From: Myxococcales bacterium
GTDB lineage: Bacteria > Myxococcota_A > UBA9160 > UBA4427
Assembly: GCA_012959805.1 (NCBI GenBank)
Contig: DUCN01000057.1
Location: 38,074-102,073, forward strand
Direction of reading: 5' to 3'
DNA: 64,000 bases
In this document: positions 28,844 through 38,358 of the stretch, piece after piece
How positions within the stretch are numbered: the stretch's first letter is position 1
Layout: each line of letters starts with the position of its first letter
The notes under the pieces: model-generated
The model's input: only the letters and a program-made list of their open reading frames with translations
Database searches by the model: none
Told to the model about the DNA's origin: nothing
Made by a program: the position numbers and the translations under genes

Positions 28844-30277
28844 CTATTCCTGAAGGCCGCATTCCTTCATCTTCTCAAATACGGCACTCCGGTGTGTGCG
28901 GGCGAACCCAAGGGCATTCGGATGCCACTCCGTGCCGTCAAATCCGAAATAGCGAACCATGGAAAGACCCAAGCCACCTGCATCGAAGTCCCGTTCGAGT
29001 TCGCGCCAGACTCGACAAGAAATGGCTTCGCTCTCACTGAGTTGATCGATCTGCCCGGAAGAATCGCGATCGTATCGGGCGATCATGTCTGCGGATACAC
29101 GGTCATGCCAACGCGTCGAACCCGCGGCAGCCGCTACGTAATATTTCGACGTGTCGCTTGGCGGTCGGAATGGGTCGGCGTCGAGCGAATCGAGTGCATC
29201 AAACGCATAGGCGCTGCCGAGATCGGCAGCGAGATCCGGAGACAAGGCGGCAGTCAACTCTGGGATGAGTTCTTCTGTGCGGGTAATCCCCAGGCTGGTC
29301 TGATTGAGATCCGGGAGACCGAAGGGCTGGAGATCCTGGGATTTGGAGGGTGCGATTTCGGGACTGTGCTTGGTGACGGGAAGAGGTCTACCCCGCTGTG
29401 CGGCGTCTGGGCTTCCCGCAACGAGTTCAGCCCGGATTTCGACGGTCGCATTCGGGCTAATCCGAACGATACCTCGAAAGCTTTGGTAGCCCGCTTTGTC
29501 GATCTGTATTTCATGATCGCCGACGCCTAGCAAGTGCGGTTTCGAGGCAGTTGATCCTGCGTCGATCCCATCGATTCGCAGTCGGTCGCCCGTCACGTTG
29601 GAGCGAATCTTGAGTTGGCCTCCACCGAGACAAATTCGGGGTTCAAAACGATGAATCGATCGCTCTTCGAAATAGACGGATCGCGTCCATCGATCCGGGC
29701 AGTCTTCTCGACTGACTTCGAGTGCGAGGCGTCCCGGTGGCACTTCGACTCGTGCGCCGAATGCCGGGGCCTTCAAGAGGAGCTCTTCTCGGTCGGCATC
29801 GAAAACCCGGAGTGTGGCCGAAGGGTTCGCGCCGTCGAGAATCAGAATGGCCGGAGCGGTCGCCATCGCCGCGGGCTCATCTGTATTCGGACCTTCGATG
29901 CGGTAGCCGGCCGTGTATGCCAAGAGCAGACAGACACTGAGGCCGATTCCCATGAGTGCACCGAAGCGCACTTCTCGTCCGGGGAACGGCTTGGGCGGCG
30001 ATTTTGGAGGCGGTTTTCCTGTGCCGACGGGAAACGATTCGATGGCCGCTCGGCTGATCGCCAAATGGGCAATTTCTTCACGAAGCCGAGCGATCTGTTC
30101 GGGTTCGTCGGTTCCGGTAGCATTTAGACGTGCGCCGAGGCGGCCGAGCAAGCGGGGCAAGGCGGCATCAATTTGTCGCCGGGAGGCATCAGGGCCTAGG
30201 CCCAGAATTCGGGTGAGGCGATGTCTCGAAGGCGTTGAGCTGGATTCGTGAGAAGTCTTTGGGGGAGGGGGCACCAT
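28844..30277 (-). CDS. Membrane-anchored PEGA-domain protein
   Basis: TM (ALMGIGLSVCLLLAY), PEGA signature GQLKIRSN...LRIDG...G.HEIQIDKAGY, C-terminal DRDSSGQID EF-hand-like loop. Confidence 0.7.
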   Translation of the reverse strand: MVPPPPKTSHESSSTPSRHRLTRILGLGPDASRRQIDAALPRLLGRLGARLNATGTDEPEQIARLREEIAHLAISRAAIESFPVGTGKPPPKSPPKPFPGREVRFGALMGIGLSVCLLLAYTAGYRIEGPNTDEPAAMATAPAILILDGANPSATLRVFDADREELLLKAPAFGARVEVPPGRLALEVSREDCPDRWTRSVYFEERSIHRFEPRICLGGGQLKIRSNVTGDRLRIDGIDAGSTASKPHLLGVGDHEIQIDKAGYQSFRGIVRISPNATVEIRAELVAGSPDAAQRGRPLPVTKHSPEIAPSKSQDLQPFGLPDLNQTSLGITRTEELIPELTAALSPDLAADLGSAYAFDALDSLDADPFRPPSDTSKYYVAAAAGSTRWHDRVSADMIARYDRDSSGQIDQLSESEAISCRVWRELERDFDAGGLGLSMVRYFGFDGTEWHPNALGFARTHRSAVFEKMKECGLQE

Positions 30278-30366
30278 CGAATTTTAGAGCCTAGCAGGCG
30301 CGGCACAAGTTTCGTTTCCCTCCTAGGCTTGCTCCTAGCCCGATTGAATTCGGCGGAGGAGTCAGT

Positions 30367-31479
30367 TTGATGGAACGGGTTTGTCCGTATTGCGAATCAA
30401 CCGAGGTCGCGTCCGAGGTGTCCGGTACGCCGGGAGAGCATGACGTTCAGCGATGCGCGGGTTGTGGTCGCTCGTCGCTCCCCGGCGAGTCATCACAACG
30501 GGACTCTTCGCAAGGAAGCAGACAGGTGCAGCACGTTTCCGACGGTCGATCTTTCGCAAGCTTCTCGAAACGCCTGCGTGATCAGCGGGGTGAGCCCGGG
30601 GAGATTTCGAGTTGGCCGGCCGCTGCGGTCGGCTTTGCGTCAACGCTCCTCTTCTACGGTTCGCTTCGCATTCTTCCAGAGAGCGGATTTTCAGAACTGT
30701 TCATGGAGCGGGGCTGGGTCCCTTATGTCATTACATTGATTTCGTCCTGGGCGCTGACCCTGCTGGCCGCCAAATTTCTTCGGCTGCGCCGGGAGCGTCG
30801 GATCCTGGATCACGATCTCATTGCAACGAATTCGAATGGACGCATCAGTCCCGATGACGCGGCGGCTGCATTGGATGCCCTCGAGGTGATGAGACAAGAG
30901 TCGAAGGCGATCGCCGAAAGTTTTCTGGCCCGGCGAATCGAGCGGGCGCTGCGCCATTTCCAATCCCGAAGGCGATTCGTTGAAGTCGTTGATTTCTTGG
31001 CCTCGGAGTCGAGAAACGACGAGAGCCGTGTGGATGCGAGCTATGGGCTCGTCCGGGTTTTAGTCTGGGCTGTTCCCACCCTGGGATTCATCGGCACCGT
31101 GATCGGGATTGGTGCTGCGGTGGCCGGCTTCTCCGAGACACTCGAAGCCGCGTCGTCTCTAGATGGAATGAAAGAGTCGATCGGATTGGTAACAGGTGGA
31201 CTCGGTGTGGCCTTTGATACGACCCTGCTGGCGTTAGTGATGAGTATCCTGATCATGTTTCCCATCAGTGCGGTGCAGAGAATCGAAGAGGCCTTTCTTT
31301 CCGATGTCGACGAGTATTGCGCCGAGATCCTGCTTCCCGCTCTCCTGGATGAAGCAGACATGATTGTTGACTCGAGAATCTCCTCCGTCGCGGACACGCC
31401 GGTCGACGATGCTGTCATCGTCGCCCTGGCGGAACGACTGGTTGCCTCGATGCGGATGGCCGATCAAGGAGAATCATAA
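30367..31479 (+). CDS. MotA/TolQ/ExbB proton-channel family protein with N-terminal CxxC...CxxC
   Basis: VPTLGFIGTVIGI and GLGVAFDTTLLAL TM motifs; CPYC and CAGC at the N-terminus. Confidence 0.9.
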   Translation: MMERVCPYCESTEVASEVSGTPGEHDVQRCAGCGRSSLPGESSQRDSSQGSRQVQHVSDGRSFASFSKRLRDQRGEPGEISSWPAAAVGFASTLLFYGSLRILPESGFSELFMERGWVPYVITLISSWALTLLAAKFLRLRRERRILDHDLIATNSNGRISPDDAAAALDALEVMRQESKAIAESFLARRIERALRHFQSRRRFVEVVDFLASESRNDESRVDASYGLVRVLVWAVPTLGFIGTVIGIGAAVAGFSETLEAASSLDGMKESIGLVTGGLGVAFDTTLLALVMSILIMFPISAVQRIEEAFLSDVDEYCAEILLPALLDEADMIVDSRISSVADTPVDDAVIVALAERLVASMRMADQGES

Positions 31480-31482
31480 GCA

Positions 31483-32277
31483 GTGTCGGGTCGCGGACAG
31501 CCGAGGATTTCGCTCTTCCCATTCATGAGCGTTTTGGCGTGCACGATTGGCGCACTCACGCTTCTGTTGGTCGCGATGTCGCTGGCGGCGGTCGGCTCGA
31601 CCGACGTTGCCACGGTCGCACTGGCCGAGACGCAGCGAGCAACACGCATCGACCAACAAGCCCTGGCGGATGAAGAACGCCGACTCAAGAGCGCCGAGGA
31701 TCTCTGGGCCCTCGTCGACGAGGCGCTCGTCAAGAGAGGAATGGCGCCGGGTCTATCGCAATCCACCATCGACATGGAAGTTGACCGAGCTCAGCGCCGC
31801 CTGGCGACCCACCGAACCCTCGATGAAATCGAGGACCAGCGCGCAGGCCTCGCGACTCAACGCGAATCGATCGAGACAACGATTGAAGTTCTCGAGAGTC
31901 GCCGGGAAACGTTGCCGATCCTGATCGATCCCACCGGCCTTTCTCGCCACTTCGAGCCGTATTTCGTCGAGTGCGATGCAGAGGGTGCGACCGCGTACGG
32001 CACACGAGATGATATTCAGTATTTCGTTGCCAAGGACGAGTTATCGACGAGCGGTAATTTTGGTCGCTTTCTGCGGCGCGTGCGCGCAGAGCCGGGTGCT
32101 CTGCTTGTCCTATTGGTCCGACCCGACGGCATCTCCACGGCGACGCGGGCCCATCGAGTAGCGAAGGAGGCTGAGATCACGGTCGCGCGATTGCCCTTGC
32201 CTGGGACGGGTGCACTCGATTTCAGCCTGCTCCGTCGCCTGCATGGCGCGAAAATCGATGAAGGCGAGAGGGGCTAG
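31483..32277 (+). CDS. Atypical ExbD/TolR-like single-TM protein (no TM Asp)
   Basis: ISLFPFMSVLACTIGALTLLLV N-terminal TM, coiled coil, C-terminal LLVRPDG; directly after the TolQ-like gene. Confidence 0.6.
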   Translation: MSGRGQPRISLFPFMSVLACTIGALTLLLVAMSLAAVGSTDVATVALAETQRATRIDQQALADEERRLKSAEDLWALVDEALVKRGMAPGLSQSTIDMEVDRAQRRLATHRTLDEIEDQRAGLATQRESIETTIEVLESRRETLPILIDPTGLSRHFEPYFVECDAEGATAYGTRDDIQYFVAKDELSTSGNFGRFLRRVRAEPGALLVLLVRPDGISTATRAHRVAKEAEITVARLPLPGTGALDFSLLRRLHGAKIDEGERG

Positions 32278-32281
32278 GCGC

Positions 32282-33271
32282 GTGGCACGCCCGGAACGTG
32301 GATGGATTCCCGACAATCTGGATCCCCTCGTCGACACGTTGTCGAATGTCGTCGGGATTCTCGTGATCGTCGTGGCCTTGACCCAGATTCAGTTGGGCGA
32401 TGCGCTGGCGCGGGTGGCGAGGCTGGACCAACTCCGCGGCGAGCACGAAAAAGTTCAGGCCGACATACCGACCCAGACAGAGATGCAGGTCGTGCGTCGA
32501 GACGAACTCCTTCGACGCACAGAAGTCGATCTCGACTCGGCGAGTGAATTGGCGAGGCAGACGCTTGCGAAATTGGAGGCCCTGGGGCCCGAAAATCCGG
32601 CCGGCGATGGGTTAACGATCGAAGCTCTGGAGCTGGAGGTCGAGTCTTCTCGTCGATTGCTGTCTGAAGCTCAGTCCCGCATGAGTCAGCGTGCTCGATA
32701 TCAGAGGGAACTCGAAACCGTGCCCAGACACATGGTGGCGCGCCTCCCCGATCCCCAGATTCTGCAGGGCAAGGAAGCCTGGATCATGGTTCGCTACGGG
32801 CGGGTCTATTTGGTCGACCGGGAATCCCTCTTGAATCGGGGTAGCCGTGCGATCGGCCGAGTACTCCAGGATGGGCTGGACCGTCGGATAAGAGAAGATG
32901 AATTCCAGACGGTGTCTCGCTACCTGCGAAAACGTGACGTCGGGCAGGGGGCGTTTCGCTGGCAGCTGGAGACCCAACCCGATATTCGCGTTCAGCTCGC
33001 CTGGCGATCACGTGAGAGCGGCCTGGATCGCACGGAGTTGGCGACTTCGACCGAGTTCCGACAATGGTTGGCCGCACGGGACCCCGGAGTCGATTTTATC
33101 CGATTCAAGGTCTGGGGCGATGGTTTTGAAACCTACCTTGCGGCCCGCGAGCTTGTCGAGACGGCAGGTTTTCGCGCAGGGTGGCAAGGATTTGAGCCGG
33201 ATGAGGAAATCGAGCTAGTTCTTCGCTTTGGCCCCCCAAACCCGGAGACTGGGCCGGTCGAGGTCGATTGA
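32282..33271 (+). CDS. Atypical ExbD/TolR-like single-TM protein (TM Asp present)
   Basis: NLDPLVDTLSNVVGILVIVV resembles ExbD NxTPLIDV; coiled coil; C-terminal VWGDGF.TY..AR. Probable GTG start at 32282 after GAGAGGGG. Confidence 0.6.
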   Translation: MARPERGWIPDNLDPLVDTLSNVVGILVIVVALTQIQLGDALARVARLDQLRGEHEKVQADIPTQTEMQVVRRDELLRRTEVDLDSASELARQTLAKLEALGPENPAGDGLTIEALELEVESSRRLLSEAQSRMSQRARYQRELETVPRHMVARLPDPQILQGKEAWIMVRYGRVYLVDRESLLNRGSRAIGRVLQDGLDRRIREDEFQTVSRYLRKRDVGQGAFRWQLETQPDIRVQLAWRSRESGLDRTELATSTEFRQWLAARDPGVDFIRFKVWGDGFETYLAARELVETAGFRAGWQGFEPDEEIELVLRFGPPNPETGPVEVD

Positions 33272-33419
33272 TTCAGGCAATCCGGCGGGCGAGCTCGAGT
33301 CGATGTGCGCACGAGATTGTTCGAATCCTCATCGCTTTCCGCGTTGCCTAAAAAGAGTCTAGGCAGGCGGCGAAAAAGCGCGTATAAAGAGAGACCCGTT
33401 TTTTTGGAGTGAGGGTCTA

Positions 33420-35513
33420 ATGGGCGATCAACCGGACGACATTGTGCTCGAAGAGCAGATGGCGCTCGCGAAGGTGACGGCACAGTTGGCCGAGATTCCG
33501 CCCGCGAAGACCGCGAGCCAGGCCCCCATTATCCGTGAACTCGAACGCTTGCGGGAACGATTGCTCTCTGGAGACGAGAACAAAGATCTCTCGACCCTGT
33601 CCGAGCAATATCACAATCAGTCCGCAATCCTGGATCAGCTGCAGAACGCGGGACACGCAATTCAGGTCGATGCCTCCTCTCCCTATTTCGCCCATCTGCG
33701 GCTGGAAGAGGAAGGGGGCCAACGGGATGTCTATCTCGGCCGGACGACCTGTCTCGAAAAGGGCGTGCGAATCATTGATTGGCGCGACGCCCCGATCTCA
33801 AAAATTTTCTATAGCTACCGACAGGGCGAAGAATTCGACGAAGAGATTTCCGGGCGAGAACGTCAGGGGTCGGTTCTCGTGCGGCGTATGCTTCGAATTC
33901 GAGCGAGTGTGCTCGAACGCGTCCAGGCACCGGAAGGTGACTTCCGATTGGACACCCGCGAGCCGACCGGATGGTCAACGGAATCGCTTGAGTCGCCGCG
34001 GCTTTCCGGCGGTGAATCCGCGGCACTTCGGTACGAGTTGGACGACCTCGGCCTTTCGAGGCGAATGGGTGAAGGCCGCGACGGAGAAGTCCTGCGCGCA
34101 GACAAGCATCTGCCCGAGATCACGAGCCTGATCGACCCGTCGCAGTTCGATCTGATTACCCGGCCAGCAAGCGGTTATCTCGTCATTCGGGGCAGCGCGG
34201 GCTCGGGTAAAACGACGGTTGCGCTGCATCGGATTGCCTATCTGGCCTTTGATGACCCTCGAATCGATGGGCCGGATACGCTCGTCGTTGTTTTCTCGAA
34301 TGCGCTCGCTCGTTATGTCGCGCATGTGCTCCCATCGCTCGGGCTTCGTGCTGTTCGAATCCTGACGTATCGGGATTGGGTCCATGGCGAGCGACGCCGC
34401 TGCTTCCCTGAACTCCCAGTCGCCGTTTGTGAGGAAACACCCGCCATGGTGCAGCGCCTCAAGCTGCACTCGGGCATGGATGTCGCTTTGACGCGTCAGG
34501 TCGCTCGGGTTTCGGGGCCGCGAACATCTGATCAGGCATTCGATGATTGGGCGAGCATTTTGACTCAACGCCATTTCCTAGGTGATGTTTTTGAAGAGGT
34601 CGCCCCCGGTCAGTTCTCCGAGCGCGATCTGGATCGCTTTGTTGAATGGAATCGTCGTCGTCTCGACGAACTCAGCTCGGCGATGGCGGGAGACGGCGAA
34701 GCGGACGCGGGACTCGACCCCGAAGACGACGCGCTCTTGCTCCGTGCCTATCAGCTTCGCGTTGGCAAGCTGGCGGGGCGTTCCGGCCGACCGCTCAACT
34801 ATCGTCATATCGTGATCGACGAAGTCCAGGATTTTGCGCCGATCGAAGTGCGGGTCCTATTGGCGAGTATGCAAAGGGAATCGAGCATCACGCTGGCCGG
34901 TGACACGCAGCAACACTTGATGGAGCACTCGGGCTTCACGTCCTGGCGCGGGTTTTTTGATGATCTCGGATTGTCGGGCGCTGAAATTGAAACGCTGAAG
35001 GTGAGTTACCGATCCTCTGAACAGATCATGAACTTCGCAACGTCACTTCTGGGGGATCTCCACGAAGAGGACGACGTCGTCACGACTCGAACGGGCCCAC
35101 CGGTCGAGTTCTTTCGACTAACGGATCGAGGCGCCTGTGTAGCGTTCTTGTCCGATGTGCTTCGGGATCTGATGGAGGCCGAGCCGAACGCGTCGGTGGC
35201 CATCTTGACGCCGAGCCCGGTTGCCAGCGATGTCTATTTTGAAGGACTCGAGCGGGCGGAGCTTCTCCTGCTCCGCAGGATTCGCGATGGCGAGTTCCCT
35301 TTCACGGCGGGAATCGAAGTGACGGAGATTACGCAAGTCAAGGGGTTGGAGTTCGATTATGTCATTGTTCTCGACGTCGATGCCTCGAATTACCCAGACA
35401 CCCCGGCGGCGCGGCGGCTTCTCCACGTAGCGGCGACGCGGGCGGTTCATCAGTTGTGGTTGATGAGTGTCGGGACGCCATCGCCGCTCGTCGAAGCGGT
35501 CGATGCTCGCTGA
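33420..35513 (+). CDS. HelD/HelR-like SF1 ATPase (UvrD family, RNA polymerase recycling type)
   Basis: PYFAHL, YLGR, IIDWR.API...FY, GSAGSGKTTVALHRIAYL, IDEVQD, GDTQQ, SYRS, KGLEFD, HVAATRA. Confidence 0.82.
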   Translation: MGDQPDDIVLEEQMALAKVTAQLAEIPPAKTASQAPIIRELERLRERLLSGDENKDLSTLSEQYHNQSAILDQLQNAGHAIQVDASSPYFAHLRLEEEGGQRDVYLGRTTCLEKGVRIIDWRDAPISKIFYSYRQGEEFDEEISGRERQGSVLVRRMLRIRASVLERVQAPEGDFRLDTREPTGWSTESLESPRLSGGESAALRYELDDLGLSRRMGEGRDGEVLRADKHLPEITSLIDPSQFDLITRPASGYLVIRGSAGSGKTTVALHRIAYLAFDDPRIDGPDTLVVVFSNALARYVAHVLPSLGLRAVRILTYRDWVHGERRRCFPELPVAVCEETPAMVQRLKLHSGMDVALTRQVARVSGPRTSDQAFDDWASILTQRHFLGDVFEEVAPGQFSERDLDRFVEWNRRRLDELSSAMAGDGEADAGLDPEDDALLLRAYQLRVGKLAGRSGRPLNYRHIVIDEVQDFAPIEVRVLLASMQRESSITLAGDTQQHLMEHSGFTSWRGFFDDLGLSGAEIETLKVSYRSSEQIMNFATSLLGDLHEEDDVVTTRTGPPVEFFRLTDRGACVAFLSDVLRDLMEAEPNASVAILTPSPVASDVYFEGLERAELLLLRRIRDGEFPFTAGIEVTEITQVKGLEFDYVIVLDVDASNYPDTPAARRLLHVAATRAVHQLWLMSVGTPSPLVEAVDAR

Positions 35514-35528
35514 ACGACGAGTCCAGTA

Positions 35529-35936
35529 ATGATAGAGCGAATCAGGATTTGTGCGGATAGACCCGGCCTCTTCGAGTTCACGGAACGCGTCGTCGAAGTG
35601 ATTTCGCATGCGGAGGAATCCTCCGGCGTTTGCACGCTCTTCCTGCAGCACACGTCTGCAAGCCTGCTGATTCAGGAAAATGCCGACCCCTCAGCGCGTG
35701 AGGACCTGGAGAACTGGCTGAACCGTCTCGTTCCGGAAGGTGACCCCCTCTACCAACATACCCAAGAAGGTCCCGACGATATGCCCGCGCACATTAAGGC
35801 CGCTTTGACCGCGACTTCTCTCTCGATCCCGGTCATCGAAGGTCGTCTGGCTCTGGGATCTTGGCAGGGCATCTATCTTTGGGAGCATCGCAGGCATCCG
35901 TCTACGCGAACCGTCGTCATCCATCTCACTTCGTAG
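35529..35936 (+). CDS. yjbQ: YjbQ/UPF0047 family protein
   Basis: HTSASLLIQENADP, EGPDDMPAHIK, LGSWQGIYLWEHR. Confidence 0.92.
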   Translation: MIERIRICADRPGLFEFTERVVEVISHAEESSGVCTLFLQHTSASLLIQENADPSAREDLENWLNRLVPEGDPLYQHTQEGPDDMPAHIKAALTATSLSIPVIEGRLALGSWQGIYLWEHRRHPSTRTVVIHLTS

Positions 35937-36914
35937 TCAACCATCAAGCATGCGAATCTCGACCCTTGCGCGATGACGTGTGATCTCACGTTGCTGCGTT
36001 TGTCGTGTCTCTTCTTCGTACCAGTCCTCTAGAACGCGCATCCGAACTTCTGCGTAGGGCGACACGCGAGCATCGACGCGTTTGTGAATCCAGACGAGAT
36101 GAACTCCAAAAACGGATTCGATGGGCTGGGTCCACTGCATGATCGCAACGTTCTGTATCTCGGCGCCGAAGGCCGGGCCAAGTCTGGCGACAATCTGTGT
36201 GGGGGAGGCATTTCGCAGGTCGTGACCGGAAAGAAACGGGTCGCCACGCCGAGTGGCCGCTTCCAAGAATGCCCCCTCATCCGTGAGATGCTGAAAGACA
36301 ACATCAGCGTCTGCCGCGGTTCTTTCTCGTCTCTTGTCCCGGGAAAAAAAGACGTGGGAAAAATCGAGTCGTGGTGCCTCGGTCCAGCGCTCGGCATTCT
36401 CCTGGTAAAAGGTCCGCAGATCGGATTCCGAAGGCATCTCGGATCGAACGCCCGCTTCGAGCAGCGCCTTCACACGGTCGACGAGTCGACGCTGAGACAC
36501 GGGATCACTCGACTCCATTTCCAGTTCGAATGCTCGTTCGAGAAGCACATTATCGCTTTCATGCGTCTGGGTGGCTTCTAGGAATCGCATGTTCTGGATC
36601 AGGCGCCGACGCACCACAGGATCCGAATGGTGGAGGCCAAGGGCTTTCGCCTGAGCCAACCACAGCCTCTTCTCGATGATCTGGCTCTCGAGCGCGCGCT
36701 TCTCTTGAGGACTCGCCGTTCGACCGACCTGCGATTCGAATGCCGATACGGTTTCTGCAATATCACTGCGCCGAACCTCGATCGTCATTCGATCGGGTGT
36801 CGCCACCCAGAGCCCCCGAATGACGAAGAACGCAAGGCCGACGAGCACGAAATGGCTCAGAGGCGAGCGAATCCGCGAGGCTGCCTTTTTGCGGAGGACA
36901 ACTCGCTGGCTCAT
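35937..36914 (-). CDS. PpiC-type peptidyl-prolyl isomerase (rotamase)-like protein
   Basis: PLSHFVLVG N-terminal anchor, LGL..SDPVVRRRL, FSHVFFS, GDPF, W.QPIES.FGVHLV. Confidence 0.8.
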   Translation of the reverse strand: MSQRVVLRKKAASRIRSPLSHFVLVGLAFFVIRGLWVATPDRMTIEVRRSDIAETVSAFESQVGRTASPQEKRALESQIIEKRLWLAQAKALGLHHSDPVVRRRLIQNMRFLEATQTHESDNVLLERAFELEMESSDPVSQRRLVDRVKALLEAGVRSEMPSESDLRTFYQENAERWTEAPRLDFSHVFFSRDKRRERTAADADVVFQHLTDEGAFLEAATRRGDPFLSGHDLRNASPTQIVARLGPAFGAEIQNVAIMQWTQPIESVFGVHLVWIHKRVDARVSPYAEVRMRVLEDWYEEETRQTQQREITRHRARVEIRMLDG

Positions 36915-37053
36915 CGGCCGATTGACCATTTATGCATTGCCCCGGAATCGATATCCTGCGGAGGACGACTCGCCGGTCGGGACGCTACGGCCGACCACTG
37001 AACGGGGCGGAAGCAGGAGCGGTGAGCCGCTTTCTCAAGGGGAGTTTCAGAAA

Positions 37054-38295
37054 ATGACAATCGCAACAAGCTACCAGATACTGGCTTGCATCGGATTGAC
37101 CTTCAGTGCATTGACGTTCTACCGCGTGAGACTGTTTGCCGGGCTTACCGTACCGACGTTCGTGATCGGGTGGCTTCGCGGAGAGCTGGCGCTTCAGACG
37201 ATCGCCGTCGAGGCAATCGGTACATTCTTTTTTTGGCGAGCCGGGGCATTCGAGTCCGGGGCAGGGCAATTGGGCTTCGTGCTGAGTCTGGTCTCTTGGG
37301 CGATGCTAGTACTGGTCGCTCGACGGGGCGTTGGGGCGGGGCAAGAAATTGCGGACGCGCTCGCCCCGGCGAAGATTCAGCCCGAAGCGGACGTCTCTGC
37401 CTTTCATGGATTCGCGCTGCCTTTCGGGTTCAAGCATCCCTCCGTTCACACGATCCGGAGTGTTGAGTACGGGGAATCGCTGCCCGGTGACAAAGGCGGG
37501 CGGAACCTTCTGGATCTCGTGCTTCCCCGCGCAGCCAAGTCTGGCGATCGCCGTCCGGTGCTTCTGCAGGTGCACGGCGGTGGCTGGATCATTGGAGACA
37601 AACGGGAGCAGGGCAAACCCTTGATGACCCATCTGGCCTCGCGTGGATGGATCTGTGTCGCCATCAACTATCGACTGAGTCCACAAGCGACGATGCCCGA
37701 TCATATCGTCGACGTGAAAAGATCGATCGCCTGGATTCGTGAACACATCGAAGAGTATGGGGGCGATCCAGAATTTTTGTGCCTAACCGGGGGCTCGGCG
37801 GGTGGACATCTCTGTTCGTTGGCTGCGCTGACCCCGAACGACCCAAACTTTCAGCCAGGCTTCGAGAGCGTTGATACGCGGATCAACGGCTGCGTTCCCT
37901 TCTACGGTGTTTTCGACTTCGTGGACCGCGCCGGGGATCGTCCACTTGGCAAGATGAGTGATTTTCTGGGACCGATCGTGTTCAAGTCCAAACCAGATGA
38001 AAAGCCGGAACTCTGGGAATCGGTTTCACCGATTACGCGAATCGGGTCGGATGCCCCGCCCTTCTTCGTCATCCAGGGGAGTCACGACAGTCTCGTGTTC
38101 TCGGGCGAGGCGGTCACCTTCGTCTCCGCACTGCGAGAGAAGAGCACGCAATGGGTGTTGCACGCCGAACTCTTCGGAGCACAGCATGCCTTCGAGATCT
38201 TCCATTCACCGCGTTCTGCGCATGCCGTTCGGGGCGCCACCGCGTTTCTCGAGGGAGTGCACGCGGAGTATAAAGGGGAGCGGGCATCGGTCTGA
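37054..38295 (+). CDS. Membrane-anchored alpha/beta hydrolase (HSL-type esterase)
   Basis: N-terminal TMs, VHGGGW, NYRLSP, GGSAGGH, HDSLV, AQHAF; ATG at 37054 after GGGGAG. Confidence 0.9.
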   Translation: MTIATSYQILACIGLTFSALTFYRVRLFAGLTVPTFVIGWLRGELALQTIAVEAIGTFFFWRAGAFESGAGQLGFVLSLVSWAMLVLVARRGVGAGQEIADALAPAKIQPEADVSAFHGFALPFGFKHPSVHTIRSVEYGESLPGDKGGRNLLDLVLPRAAKSGDRRPVLLQVHGGGWIIGDKREQGKPLMTHLASRGWICVAINYRLSPQATMPDHIVDVKRSIAWIREHIEEYGGDPEFLCLTGGSAGGHLCSLAALTPNDPNFQPGFESVDTRINGCVPFYGVFDFVDRAGDRPLGKMSDFLGPIVFKSKPDEKPELWESVSPITRIGSDAPPFFVIQGSHDSLVFSGEAVTFVSALREKSTQWVLHAELFGAQHAFEIFHSPRSAHAVRGATAFLEGVHAEYKGERASV

Positions 38296-38358
38296 TCACA
38301 CTGAGACTGACTGCGTAGCCGGTGACTGCCGCCCATCGGCTGGCTACGCTTCGCCGTC

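Noticed and set aside
30367-35513. Zorya anti-phage system (MotA-like + MotB-like + helicase)
   Set aside because: The TolQ-like protein lacks the long ZorA tail, neither partner shows an OmpA domain, and the helicase is SF1 HelD-like rather than SNF2-type ZorD. It is also separated by about 150 bp.
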